In this document: piece after piece, positions 51,298 to 64,000 of the stretch | How positions within the stretch are numbered: the stretch's first letter is position 1 | Layout: every line of letters starts with the position of its first letter | Assembly (NCBI GenBank): GCA_964057225.1 | Contig: OZ059895.1 | Coordinates: forward strand, 5,890,001 to 5,954,000 | Source of the DNA: Auanema rhodensis | Lineage: Eukaryota; Animalia; Nematoda | Direction: 5' to 3' | Length of the DNA: 64,000 nt | Notes under the pieces: model-generated | Database searches by the model: none | What the model was told of the DNA's origin: nothing | What the model saw: only the letters and a program-made list of their open reading frames with translations | Translations under genes and position numbers: made by a program

Positions 51298-54200
51298 ATG
51301 ACAAACTTCATGCCGTTAGGTCCAACCAAGGATTTGATTATACCACGAACTCGAACTGTATTTGTAAGGTTTACAAGAGGAATATGTGAAGTTTGAACTT
51401 ATTTAATGCCATTTATTATTGGATGATATAGTCAAAGATGATATATATCTATTGTTCTGGGGGAAAATGTCAATAGAAGCGAGGATGTACTATTTGAAAT
51501 ATTCTGTGATTATTTACTTTTTTACAGTAGCTGTAGATATTCTTTAAAACAATTTCAGGATGAAAATTGTATTTATTCACATGATATATTTTTATTTAAT
51601 AAAGATTTTACAATTAATTTGAACAAAAATAAAGAAATAAATAAAAATTTCTTGAAAATAAAACTAACTAAGTATAAAAAGAAAGGCTTAACAAATACTT
51701 CAAGCCTAGATTACAATCCAACACATTTGCTCATTACTTAAACCTTATGGTCTATTCAGTAAACCCCGAATAGACATTCCAAAAACTATCCAAAATCTTT
51801 TAAAGATCTTAGAACCCTAACGTACCTTGAGTACTGGGTTTTAAACCAAATTTGTACAATTTACACAAGAATCTGTTTCATATTTGCGCCGTATGTCGTA
51901 TGCGTCCCAACGATTTTCGTTCATTTTATGTCTCCTTTTGTTACAAAAATGTAAAATTGATAGCGAAGTTGATTTTCCTTCCCCCCACAATATTTATTTT
52001 AATTGAATTTGACACTTAGCTCACACCTTTGAGCATATTTTCTAATTTGCTATCTTTTTCTTTGCAATTCTTCTCCACCGTTTTTCTATTTCTTTGAAGA
52101 TTTTTTTTTCAAATAGAGGATTGATTGACAAAGGATTGAGACAGGAAAATGGAAGAATTGGAAAAATGAAAGACAAAATTAGAAAACGTATCAGGCATGT
52201 CATTTCGAATTCATTATATCATCTGACATATGAAGAAGATACAAGAATATAATTTTAAAAAATGTTTGAGTTAGCGAATTAAACCGATAAAGACAGAAAG
52301 TATATATTGTGTTTTTCATTTATGACTCAATCAGGTGTGGTGACATTTTTTCTCCTTTTTTACGTTAAAAATATTTAATGAAGTTAAAGAACAAAAAAAT
52401 TAGCTGTAGAACATATAACTTTAAAATATTATCTTCATGAACAAAATATTTGCTTGAAGATGATAATTCAAATAATTGATTGTCACGACGACACGTTTCA
52501 GATGATTTGTGTTTTCATCACCGTGTCATTACCACCACTAATTTTGTTCACTATTTTTCGCGCCTGATCCTGTCATATTAGCTAATTTGAGAAATCTTAC
52601 AATCAACAAGCATCACCGTATCTTAGTGAGTGTATTATCATCAAGACATAAATACTTCTTCTTCCTCTTCCTTTTCAACAAATATTCCAAAACCTTGAGA
52701 AATTGTTTCTTTATATCCTAAATTGAACGTCCAAAACCTGTGCTAAGAAATGTTTGGGAACTCTCATTACAACATGACTTTTCTTCCGGATACTGCACTT
52801 ATTAGGTTCATACTTGCAAAAGAAAACGGGTGATGTGTACATCACAGAAGACGAATGTGTTCAGTCGTAGTCATCGTTGTTCAAAGACAAACTCATATAG
52901 CGTATCATTGACTTCACTGTCTTCAATGACAGCCCACAAATCAGACGAATTAGTTCATTTATCAACGAATATATCAATTCAGTGCAATCATTCCTATCAT
53001 GTTCAATATGAATTATTCTCTTTCCACATAAAGTTGAAGGAAACAAATTGACATGTCTTGCCTTCCGGCTAGACAATGGGACAGACGTGTGATTACAAAT
53101 CAAAATCAAAGCTAATATAAGAAGAAAACAAGAAAGTTAGAGGCTCGTACTACTAGGAAGACAAGAAATGTTTGTATTAACACTGAAGCTTTTAAACTTG
53201 GTAGCTTTAGGAACATATGTGCTTTCTCAGAAAAGTAAAGGAAATGTAGGTAAATCTCACATGGTGCTCATTTTCATATTTTTTATTTAATTCACAATTT
53301 CTATTATGTCCATTATGATCACATTTACTATTTCATCCTTCTCATATTGATTACTTAATTTTCTTGTTCTTTTTAATTGAATAAGAATCGCTAATCATAT
53401 TATAATACTCCCTTACCTTCTTCATAACGAGAAAATGATATAGAGAGAGAGAGAGAGAACTATGTGACCGATGAAGGTGATGAAGAAGACACGTTTCCAA
53501 CTTCTCCCACCTCTTTTCCATGATCAACTACCTACTCCTCAACATAGTTTGAATTGCTAACTGTGTTGCTAACCAAATATTCTTCTTATGACTCTATATC
53601 AATAAGCAATTAGTTATTCAACTATTTTCAAAATCCCAAGATGTTTCTAGCATATACAGTATCTCAAGCTTACATATGTGGTTACGTATGACTCATCCAT
53701 CTTATTTCTTTTTTTATCGTCAAGGCTACATATCATCTAAGTCAGCAATGCTTTCCTCTACCTTCAACCCATTTGTTCATATCATTGATTTATCCAATCT
53801 TCCTCTTATATCCCGAAATGTGTTGTAATCCTTTTATCAACAAAAAAAAATTTAATAATATATTAAATGAAAAATTTTCCAACAATGATTCATCTTATTA
53901 TATTTTTAAAAAATTAATTGTTTTCCTCAGGCTACTTAATCATATACTTCAAGAAAAATAGACGGTTGGGTGTATATTTCATGAGCATCGCCGGAGGCTT
54001 CAATGAACTTAAGATAATTATCTTTTGTTCGCTACCTCTTGTAGTTATAGGAAGATATACACTAATCACTAGCTTCATTCATTATTTTCTAATATGAAAC
54101 GTAATACTCTACTTTTGATACAAACAGTTTGATGTTCAGATGTCGTTGACACTAACAGCCAGTTCTTCTTTGTTGTTAACATCGATGTCATTGTTCTTAT

Positions 54201-54668
54201 CTGTTATTAGCTCTTCGCCATCATTACATTCGTTTCAGCAAAAGAGCAGCCAACGACGATCCTACCCTTCTTACACCATCGTCGTCATATTCTTCCTTGG
54301 TCCTACAATAGCCACACCAACAACAACGTCAAATTGATTGAGCGGTTAACTGGCTGAACTTGATTCGGTTGTTCAGCATTACTTTATCGTCTTCTACAGA
54401 ATCTTACACAGTCAAACGGTAGAAATATTATATTCTAACATATTGACAGACGACAGACGTGCAGACGGACTGACGCTCAGCCACTGAAGACACTTCAAAC
54501 CCAGCAGCATCCATCAAAGTAGTGACCAGTATCATCCACATCAAATTTATTCATATTAACTATCTGACGTCTCGGCTTTGAAACCATAGTTTACTTGCAT
54601 CGTCAGACACACTACACCTATTCCATCTAAACTTTATTTGAAACACTACTGTGCGAATATTTTAAAAA

Positions 54669-55685
54669 ATGATCAATGTCTTCAATTCACCTATTGAAGC
54701 TTCAACTTTGGATGAATTTCATCAAGGTCCCATAAAAGAAGGAGAAGAAAAAGTTTTCGATAATGTTGGTTGAATTTGTTTATTTTAAAACTATAAAAGA
54801 AAAGTTTGCTTTACATATGAAAACAGTTTTCTTCTTCCGCATTTGGAGCTCTTAACTTTCTATTTCTGAGAGAAGTAAGAAAATGTTTTGATGAGTAATT
54901 CCGGCGCCGAAGATTTTCAATTGTTCTTTAAATATTTTTTTCTCATTTCCCACGTTCTCATCGTTTGCTATGCCACCCGATATTTTGAAGCGCATAAAAC
55001 TTAAATTGGTAATAAATCTTGAGCTCCACCCTTCCAAAGTTTTAATTCAATAATATTGTATTTGTTTACAGACAAGAAAACGACCAGTTATAGGGTACCG
55101 CGCAGATGGACGAAAAGTGAGTTAATTTTTTGAAATACTCAGCAAATTGTAGAAAAATTCATTCATAGTTTCCCCCGTTTTCATAGACGACTCAACAAAA
55201 ACCTCAAACTCAAGCAAAATACTATAGATCAATAACGTTTCTTATGTAACTTCTTTATACATCCTTAACAGGCGTTATTTTGTGTTTAAATAGCCACCGC
55301 CATTTTTTAATTTCGTAATGACATTCCAACTTTTTTTAAGACGGTCGATGGACAAGTTGTAGAAGAACGTCAAGCGAACGTGCTCTGGACCGCCGCTATA
55401 AATAGAGGAGTTGCAAACGAATGGAGAGAAAAGGCTGAAGGTGGAAAATTACATAGAGTCAAGAGATACGGTAAGATATATACCTTAACAATCCCGATAT
55501 TCTATATTAAACTATATGACACATCAGATGAATTCTAATTATTTTACTTTTCAGTTACAAACCTTTGCTACGATTGCCGCGTAGCTGTGAACACCTATTC
55601 TCGGAAACACTTTACCTACCTTCTAATAATTCTTAATGTATCATTAGCTCTTATAGTTCTACACATTTTTAAATTCTTTGGGTAA
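54669..55685 (+). CDS. Uncharacterised ~133-aa protein with a C-terminal transmembrane helix (exons 54669-54764, 55072-55116, 55341-55470, 55555-55685)
   Basis: Canonical splice sites with consistent phases (0,0,1) give an open frame ending ...SRKHFTYLLIILNVSLALIVLHIFKFFG*. It is absent from the ORF track because the exons are short. The first exon is uncertain. Confidence 0.7.
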
Positions 55686-56349
55686 ATTGTCGATTATATG
55701 TCTGAGATCATAAAGACGAAAATTTAACAATTGATTTCTTTTGATTTCCCGAAACTCAAACAGTGTTAAGCCAGATACAACCTACCAAACCTAGTCCCAA
55801 ATCATTCCATGCTTAGAAAGTCGTCTTCATCAGGCTTTTACGTCCTTTTATTCGTCAAACACATCGTTGTAAGCAATAATAAATATATAAAGAAATATGA
55901 TCCATTCAAAACTCAAAGAGACAAAATAGGAATTGGACAAGATAAGTAAGTCTCATTATAGTACAAAAAACGAGTACTTTTCTCTCTGCATCTTTGTGTA
56001 TGTGTATAATAGATGATGACCGGTCAGGATGGGATACTTTAATTACCGTGTTAGTACCGGGTGCCAGTACCACGCTGTCTACAGGAATATTTCAAAATAA
56101 CCTCTAATGAAATATTTTACAAACTCGAATTGCATATTACACGCTCAGACATTTCCCCCCGGTACTCGGAAATACAAATTACAGAGTAACAGAAGGAAAC
56201 GTCCATCTAGGAGGGAGCATACTTTTAATCTAATAAAATATCCAACTATTAAAGAAAACGTGAAAACGGGGACAACTCGCCTTAAATACAAAGGAGATCA
56301 ACTGAACATTAATCATGTCTGTCACAACCCCTGACGAGAGGGAATCCCA

Positions 56350-58527
56350 CTACTTATCAGAGAAAATATAAAGATTGTTTGTGGCTGCCAAGGCAATGAT
56401 ATTCTCCTTCGGATGCCATGCTGTGTGTAAAATCTTGCGGCTGAAATCGAGAGCGTCGTGAACCAAATCTTCTTCTGATGAATTTATCTAAAAAGATTTC
56501 TATGAATTTTGATAACGATATTGCAACATTACATCTCGCAGAGCTCGCTTTCTCCCCGTTGCGGTGGTTACACGACGAGTCCGTAACACGGAATGTGGTT
56601 CTTGAGGGCGGGCTTCCCATGTTTTTGCTTCAGAATTTCCTCTGGCATAAGTGCGGAAAAGATTATGATAAGACCCTGTTAAAATGTGCCTGAAAAAGTG
56701 ACGTTAAGGATTTAAAAAAGATCAAGTGCATACTTATCATCACCACTCCAGCTGCATTCAAATTTATCAAATATTGAATCATTTTCATATAAGGCACAGA
56801 GTTTTGTTCTCAAGTGCTCGTGTACTGGGTATGTTTCGATAGGTTTGTTCTCCATATTTAAATCCCACACCTACAATATAACACTTAACATTATATGAAA
56901 ACAATGAAAACATACCTTCACAGTTAAATAATCTCTAGTTAATAGATACCTTCCATTGTGGGAAAATTTGATATCAGATACGCTAGCAATAATTTCTGAG
57001 AAGAAAGATCTAGTGTCTGGGTCCTCTGCCTCTTCGAACACTGAAAATAGTTATAAGAAATGATTAAATAAATTTTAGCCTACATTTGGCATGTGAATCA
57101 CATAATGCACGATCTCTCATATCACACAATCTAATTGAACCTTTACTGGAGGAATACACAAACCTAAATTTGCAAAATATGACATTACATAGTCACGCTT
57201 CAAAAAAAACCTACCAATTACATTGAACAGGGTGAAATTCAGCAGCTGTTATTACTTCCGTTAATTCTTCCATATTGACAGGCTTTATATCAACAATATC
57301 TATAAATTGATGCAATGAACACAAAATAAAAGATGAATAACTCACTAAAAGATTCATTTGTAATCTCATGATGCCATAGATTAATTCGGAGATCATCAGC
57401 TGACAAGAATGTCTCCTAAGATCAGTCAAACATAGGTTTGTTAATTATAAGAGATATTACCTGATCAGAGTTCACACTAATGCTATTAACATGATACGTA
57501 TGAGCATTCCCGTAAACTCTTCTGGGACTGGCTTCTACTATTAACTCCATATTAACAATTTGAGGGATTTGAAGACCGCCACGGAACCTAAAGATAAAAT
57601 GAATACAAGATAAGCTAATTAATAATTTACCTCCCCATTCTCGGTATATTCCAAGCCTCATCTTCTACTTTACGTTCTCGTTCACTTATTTTCCATAACT
57701 TCACCGTTTTATCTAAAAGTAGTGTTCAGCTATGAAAAAGGGAGAGATTAACTACCATTTGTGGAGAGAATGAAGTTGGCAGCATTCTTCTTTTTCAGCC
57801 ACTTAATCTGATTAATCTTTTCTTCAATTTCTAGGGATTTCAAGTAATCAAATTCAGGTTCATGGGATTGGAATGTTGAATATACATTATACTCGCGAGA
57901 CCGTGATCCGTTAACATATTTGCCCTGAAATATTGTTAATGTTAACATGGTTATATATTTGAATTAATATATGATTAACAGAAAAGAAATAGCCGATATA
58001 TAGCATTTATAACTAATTTTTCATCCTCTATTCAAAAATATGATTCTTTCTCGTGGTTATGAATATATCTCATTTCTAAGACAACTTGCATGAGCAAAAT
58101 CAATAAAGGTTTACTGGAGCAATGCTTTACATAAATAATCACATTCTCCTGTTAATCCTACACTATTAGGTACTAATCCAATATCTCTATATCGCGTATA
58201 AATTCTCGTCGAAACAACTGCCAAAAATCTAAGCAGAACAAAGAAATAAAACTCACGCTTTGATCACGTTGAAAAATGACTACCCGTCCTCCTTTATCAC
58301 CAGTTGCTAAATATTCACCGTCATGGGAAAACTCCACACAAGAAATAATATCAGCTGGAAATAAGTACAATTCTCACAATTAGAAAAATACGCAAAATAC
58401 CTTCTGTGTGTGAATCTTCGTTATCTATATTCCCCTTAACTTGACTGAACCTCCATTCGATTCCAGCCTCTAGAGGTTCAGAGGTATCCATCGAAGTACC
58501 CGCAGGTTCATCAACCTCCATAACCAT
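56350..58527 (-). CDS. sur-6: PP2A regulatory subunit B55/PR55 (WD40), multi-exon
   Basis: MVMEVDEP...WRFSQVKG...[30 protein letters not shown]...[25 protein letters not shown]...[15 protein letters not shown]...[32 protein letters not shown]. The ATG directly follows a TTTTCAG acceptor (likely trans-splice site). Confidence 0.96.
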
Positions 58528-60689
58528 ACTGAAAAGTATCAATCTTAAACGTTTAAAAATCTAACATCAAATAAAAGATAAAAAGAAACATAACATAAGA
58601 AAATAGTGAGCTAAAACAAAATGCCAATTTTTCAATTTTCCAAAGTTAATTACAAAACTGAGAAAAAAAACTACGTGAGCGGAGGATATTATCAGCCAAA
58701 GAGGATCGATGAAAATACGCGACGCACGAAACCGACCAAATAAGTTCTTATAATAAGCACCAGCCGATATTAAAAGCCAAAAAAACAAATCTTCAAATAT
58801 TAATATAATGCTAGGAGACAGTACTTAAAATGATCAAGCATCACATGGAAGATATTGTTAAGAAATGACTGATTATGGACACTAATTAAATATTATTACC
58901 TCTCTCACAATATCAAAAAAAAAACTTAAAACTGAGAACAAGTTATTCTACCTTAGTATACAGACTATTTGTATACTTTCAACAAATAACCTAGAATCAA
59001 GCTATGGATTAAAGTTTAGAAACAATTTCAACGTTATTTGAAGCTCTTTTCCATTAAACGGCATAAGAACTTATTACAACTATAACAGGAAAGGTACATA
59101 CTACTTTCAGTTCTAAATAAGACTTTAATTAAATTTTTCAATTAAAATTAGTGAAGTTCAGCAAATTAATCAGATATAAATATGAATAAAGCTAAACGCT
59201 GATTCAAAACACGACAGGATGAGAGATGTCTCCGCGCGCATCTCGCGTCGCTCTAATTTCAAATCGATATGAGACCAATAAGGTTAGACCTTTAATATAT
59301 TGAGAAAAGACAGGCAGTAGAGAAATGGACAAGGTATGAATGCTCAGGAAGCCTTACCAGTTTTGATTGATTATTATGTAACACCTACTTAAACAAATAT
59401 TAGAGCACACTTGTTGCAGTTACTTTGTTGAACACTGATGAATGCAAATAAGGAAATGAAATACACTCCGTCTGTGGATCAGACAACTGGTAGTTACTAC
59501 ATCATTGCTTATCAAAAGGTTACTTCTAGCTGTGACAAGTTTTGATTTAGGAAACGTATATATGAAGCTTTTTAGTAGTGTAACTTGTCCACATCAATTT
59601 GTAAAAATTTCAATTTATGATCTTTCTCGTAGTCACTTACATATCTACGGACCTAGTAGGTTGGAGAAACCGCACATTAAGCGGTAAAATTTTATTAGTA
59701 CATAGTTAATCTGTTCTTATGAATAAGACTTACGATAAAAAAAATGTTTGAAACATTGTTGGAATATTCTAGAAATTTGCAAAGGATTACTATACTCAAT
59801 ATACAATGAGCAAAGCTGGAAACAACTGATACCGAATTAGCAGCATATTTTTCGGAAACCTGTCCTTACTATGGGATTATGTCACCAATTTTATTTGAAG
59901 TAAGTTTACTTTTTGTTAACCGTTCCATACGGCCAAGCGGATTAAGAAATTATTTGAATATTTGAACTTTGAATCATATATAGTCTTTGATAGGAGTATA
60001 AGTGGCGAAGAATTAATATCTGGTCCAGAACATAAAGCAAAAAAACGAAAAACTATTGCAATATTTCAAATTGTTTGATCTTAATGAGACAAGTATATCT
60101 TTGCTTAGTTGAGATTTCGAGAAGAAGATTAAAACCGCGAGGAAAATCAAAGTATATACAGATAAATGTTTGAGTGCAAAGTATTCTAATTATTCTAAAA
60201 TGCCATCTTATCAGACATACTTCCAAAACTGCTTGGCTCACAGTTGTTTATATATATATATATTGAGTATCAGTAGCAGAGGTTTTAAAAAGTAGTTGGC
60301 CTTCACTCTCGAAAGTTCTTGGAACGAATACCCATGTTGTCTAGAATAGAGAAAGGATAATATTAGCAGCGCTAAATACGGAATTGAGGATATCTATAGT
60401 GATAATTAACTCATTTGTTCGAAAACGTGAAGTAATAAAGAATTTCATAGATTTAATGAAATGTCACATCAAGATATCTAGCTAGTTTCTTGTTTAGATA
60501 TGCCTGAAAATGAGCCACGAGAAATGTTTTTCCTGGACTGGAACATAAGAAGAACGATAATCTGATCTTTCATTCCTGTGACTTTAGCCAATTCTGAACA
60601 CAAAACCCGAAGTCAACTCTGTAACTTTTACCTATTATAATAAACTCATGAACTTGAAACTTTTTATTTGTTCTTTCTTACAAAGCATC

Positions 60690-63600
60690 TCAGAGAAGAT
60701 CATTGGTCTGCTGTTGGATATCACACTGCGATAACAATAAATCCCATTCCTGCAAATAGTAGCCACTTATGTTTCTTTCTGTGCCGCGAGCTTATAATTT
60801 TTTTTAAAAATTCGTTCATGGAAATGCATTTTTCAATTAAAGCAAAAGACAAACCGAAGGCTCTCCTTGGAATGGGTTGGGAAAGTTTGTTTCTGGGGGC
60901 TGTGCTAAGTTTAAAAGATTGATTATGCTTTGACCTGAAATACTGGGTTAAAATCTGTGCCTTAAGGTTATCTAAATACCCGTCTTGTTATTTTCCGTAG
61001 TTTTTAGTTTTCCCTCCACCGGTGTTGAAAAGAGATCACCCAATAAATTTGAACCTGAAGGTTTTACCATGTTTAATGCATATATTTTGAAGTATTTTAG
61101 CTTATTTAGTACTCAAAGCTGCTATTTACTTTCTCTCTTTCTTCCCATTCCAATCACTAATTGCTCAAGCTTTATAACTCATGAATGACAATGAGATCCT
61201 GTGTCTGTTGTATGACACAAGCTCAAATAATTTTAGTTATTCTATACTTCAAAAAGCGAACAAAGAATGCAATTAATTAAAACGAATTGTTAAACAGGCG
61301 ATTACTTCTCTTCGCCTTTCCAATTTTAACAAGCTATCTAGGCAGTCATATTCGAATAAGCACCCTTCTCACATATGGAACACCCTTCTTCATATCTTCA
61401 CAGAAATATCAATACTTCACAATCATAACAATATGAGACAGCGGGCGAGGGATGCGAACCCATGCGAATAAATTGAACATGAGATGTAGACTCGCACTAC
61501 ACGAGAATCTTTTATTTTTGGCTTAATTCGGCTGTTTTCATTATTGTCTCATAATATAAATATAAGAGGAAAAGAAAGGATTTTCCGATAGGGATAAAGG
61601 AATTGCTATATTCTTACATGGGGATAGAGCAATCGATTTCATATAAATATAAAATCTTGAAGCTAATAAAAGTCAAAATTTCTCGCTTTGAGTTTACATC
61701 ATAACAGCTAATTATAGAAAAAAAGGCAAAATGGACAATTGTAGTCAGCTAATAACATAACGAAAGAAGAAAACGAACTTTTTCACTCTTCAGTGGTTCA
61801 TTTTCTTCCTTACGCTTTTTCATCATTCTTTCTCCTCTCTTCCCTCGTCTTCCGTTTTTCATCGAGATACACCCCTTGTTTTTCACATAACTTTGTATCT
61901 CTGATTCTCTTGGTTTGAGTTTGTAATTTCCGTAAACTATTTATCAGCTCAAGCTCATCCACCCACTAATCCTCAAACCATTCAAAGTTAAGAAAATGAA
62001 ACAGAACGACTGAACACTACCGGATAAACGATTTGTCTATTGACTTACCACTTGACATCGTGTGCAGCGTGGCAGATTGAAGAGAACTGCCTGTCGGTGG
62101 AGGAGCCAAACGGGGAACATCTGTAGCATTGAGGTCCAGCAAAGCTGTAGAAGGATTCAAGGGTCCAATTTTCATTTTCTAAAAATAATACTGAAACTAT
62201 ATCCTTGATTATAGCTTTTGGGGATTTTATGGAAAAAATATTTTAAAAATAGTTTCATTCTTCACGGACACGTTAGATTAAGATATATTTGTGCTGAAGC
62301 CTGTAATTCATTTCATGAGGCCGACATTGGAGAAAACCTTCTTAAGAAATCTCTCAATAATCATTTGAAATTAATGCATAAGTTTGGGAAAAGCTAATCA
62401 AATGTGAAACTATTTTAAAAGTGAAAACCATTCTAAGTGTCTGATTCTTCAGCACATTGCCACAAAGCAATTGCTTTGTACATATCAATAGAAGTCTGCT
62501 TATTGTTTTGTTTCCTTTGCAAAACGTGCAAACGACAATAGCAAGACTGCAGGTTTCGACATCATGTCTAACTAAAGCCAATCTTCCGAAAATTTAATCG
62601 AGATGGGATAGAAGCTAGCATTTCATCTTTGTTAAGTTATTTTTCTTTTGATTTGCTATAGTAGTAAAACGAGGAGTACACACGCTTCGTTAGATCCGAG
62701 TAGAACTGCATCAACTAGTAGAAACAGAAAAAATAGTGATAGAATGCATATGTATGAGACGTGGTATATATATAAATAGAAGCAAATAGGCTAAAACTAT
62801 AATTTTATAAGTTGCTCACCTTGAATATGTTGCTCATATCTTCTTCTTCTGTAAGATCATCTTCGGGAAGTCCCAGTGGGCTATCGACGCGATTATCCAC
62901 ATTATCCTCCAAGTTGTCATCGTTTCCACCCGTAGCCACACCAATATATTGTTCAGGATTCAAAGAGTCCGTGGGAATTCCAAGAGGCGGTGGGCTCTCT
63001 CGCCCAAAGAAATATTTTTGTAAGCTGTCTTGTGACTCATCATCGAAATTCAAAAGACTGAAACGTTGATTTTAGGTGATGTTGTCGAAAAGGGCATATT
63101 ACATTCCAATGATATCCGATTTTTCCTCACATATTCGTGCAGGAGCTTCGCCATTGGTCTCTTTGAGCTCTGTTTTGGTTTGTTTGTCATCTGAATCTGA
63201 CTGACTTCTTTGCTTATCTTTTACATGTTTAGAACTTTTGACTAATCCCTGTAATCGTATGAATTTCCAGAAAATATATTAAATTTTTTCAATACCACAG
63301 GTATATCAAATTCACAAAACTGGAAGTGCGCTAGATTTGAAGCTAAAGCTTGATAAGCCTTGGCCGTCTTCTCGTAATAAGCTACTAAGAGCTCCAGATA
63401 TTTTCCTAGCAAATGAGATAAGAGATTCGATCGCGAAGCTGATAGCAGGTCCACCTATGATATCATTACCGTTTGATCAAAATTCATTAATTGTAAGGGT
63501 TCTAAAAGAAACGAAAAAAACTCACTTTTTGTAAAGTATCTAACTTTAATTTGTCTAATCTTTCCTTGTTCGCACGTACAGCAGTTTGTGCCTCTCGAAA

Positions 63601-64000
63601 TTTGTCCAGCTGTTGGTCGGTATCTGGATCCAACTGTAATTTAAGAGTAATTTAACAGACTGTAACCGCTTATCAGGAGATGCAAAGAAAATAGATGACA
63701 AAACAAACACGCGTATTTATTTCAAAATGCAAATGTTTTTGCCGCGAATTTCAAAAAGCTGTTGCAAATATTTCATTGCATTTTTTGTTGATTTTACGTC
63801 ATAACAATTGTTATCGCTTTATTAGCAATTAAGACTTTTTCTTACTTCTTCACTGGTTTTCTTCATCCATAATAGACTTCCTCTGTATTCCAAACGAGCT
63901 CTCTCAACAGCATCAACGGTTTGAGTGCAGTCTGCGATAGCTCGTTCAGCAAAAACATGCAGCTCCTGGTAAAACCTATAATTGCTCGATAGACCAACTG
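60690..64000 (-). CDS. ric-19: RIC-19/ICA69 arfaptin-homology BAR protein; 5' end lies outside the window
   Basis: [67 protein letters not shown] is ICA69-like. Downstream exons spliced in phase end EWDLLLSQCDIQQQTNDLL* (stop 60690-60692). The C-terminal exon chain is less certain than the BAR exons. Confidence 0.88.

Noticed and set aside
59930-59947. tRNA A-box/D-arm-like GGCCAAGCGGATTAAG
   Set aside because: No downstream B-box or cloverleaf.
58528-60689. ric-19/sur-6 operon
   Set aside because: About 2.1 kb spacing with a promoter-like patch is much longer than typical nematode intercistronic distances.
1-64000. CRISPR arrays, rRNA and prokaryotic defence systems
   Set aside because: No repeat-spacer arrays, rRNA motifs or bacterial operon structure; the window is intron-rich nematode DNA.

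Overview
AT-rich eukaryotic DNA with short GT-AG introns and TTTCAG-type acceptors, typical of a rhabditid (C. elegans-like) nematode; the species cannot be determined from the sequence. Gene order: long (CT)n-rich 5' region containing an apparently intact Merlin (IS1016/ISXO2-like DDE) DNA transposon (8065-9346); divergent SLC6/SNF transporter (+); unc-95 (-); lev-10 (+) with eat-18 nested in intron 1 and sharing exon 2 in another frame; a TMEM144-family gene (+) with tRNA-Glu(CTC) in its last intron; ccb-1 CaV-beta (+); a kinesin-12/klp-18-like gene (-); an unrecognised ~133-aa tail-anchored protein gene (+); sur-6 PP2A-B55 (-); and the 3' part of ric-19/ICA69 (-). The best candidates for undescribed biology are a phase-compatible alternative last exon in lev-10 that would give a GPI-anchored LEV-10, the orphan tail-anchored protein with several possible first exons, a beta2e-like basic N-terminal exon for ccb-1, and the intact intron-containing Merlin element. 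All gene models were spliced by eye, and gene names rest on recalled protein sequences rather than database searches.
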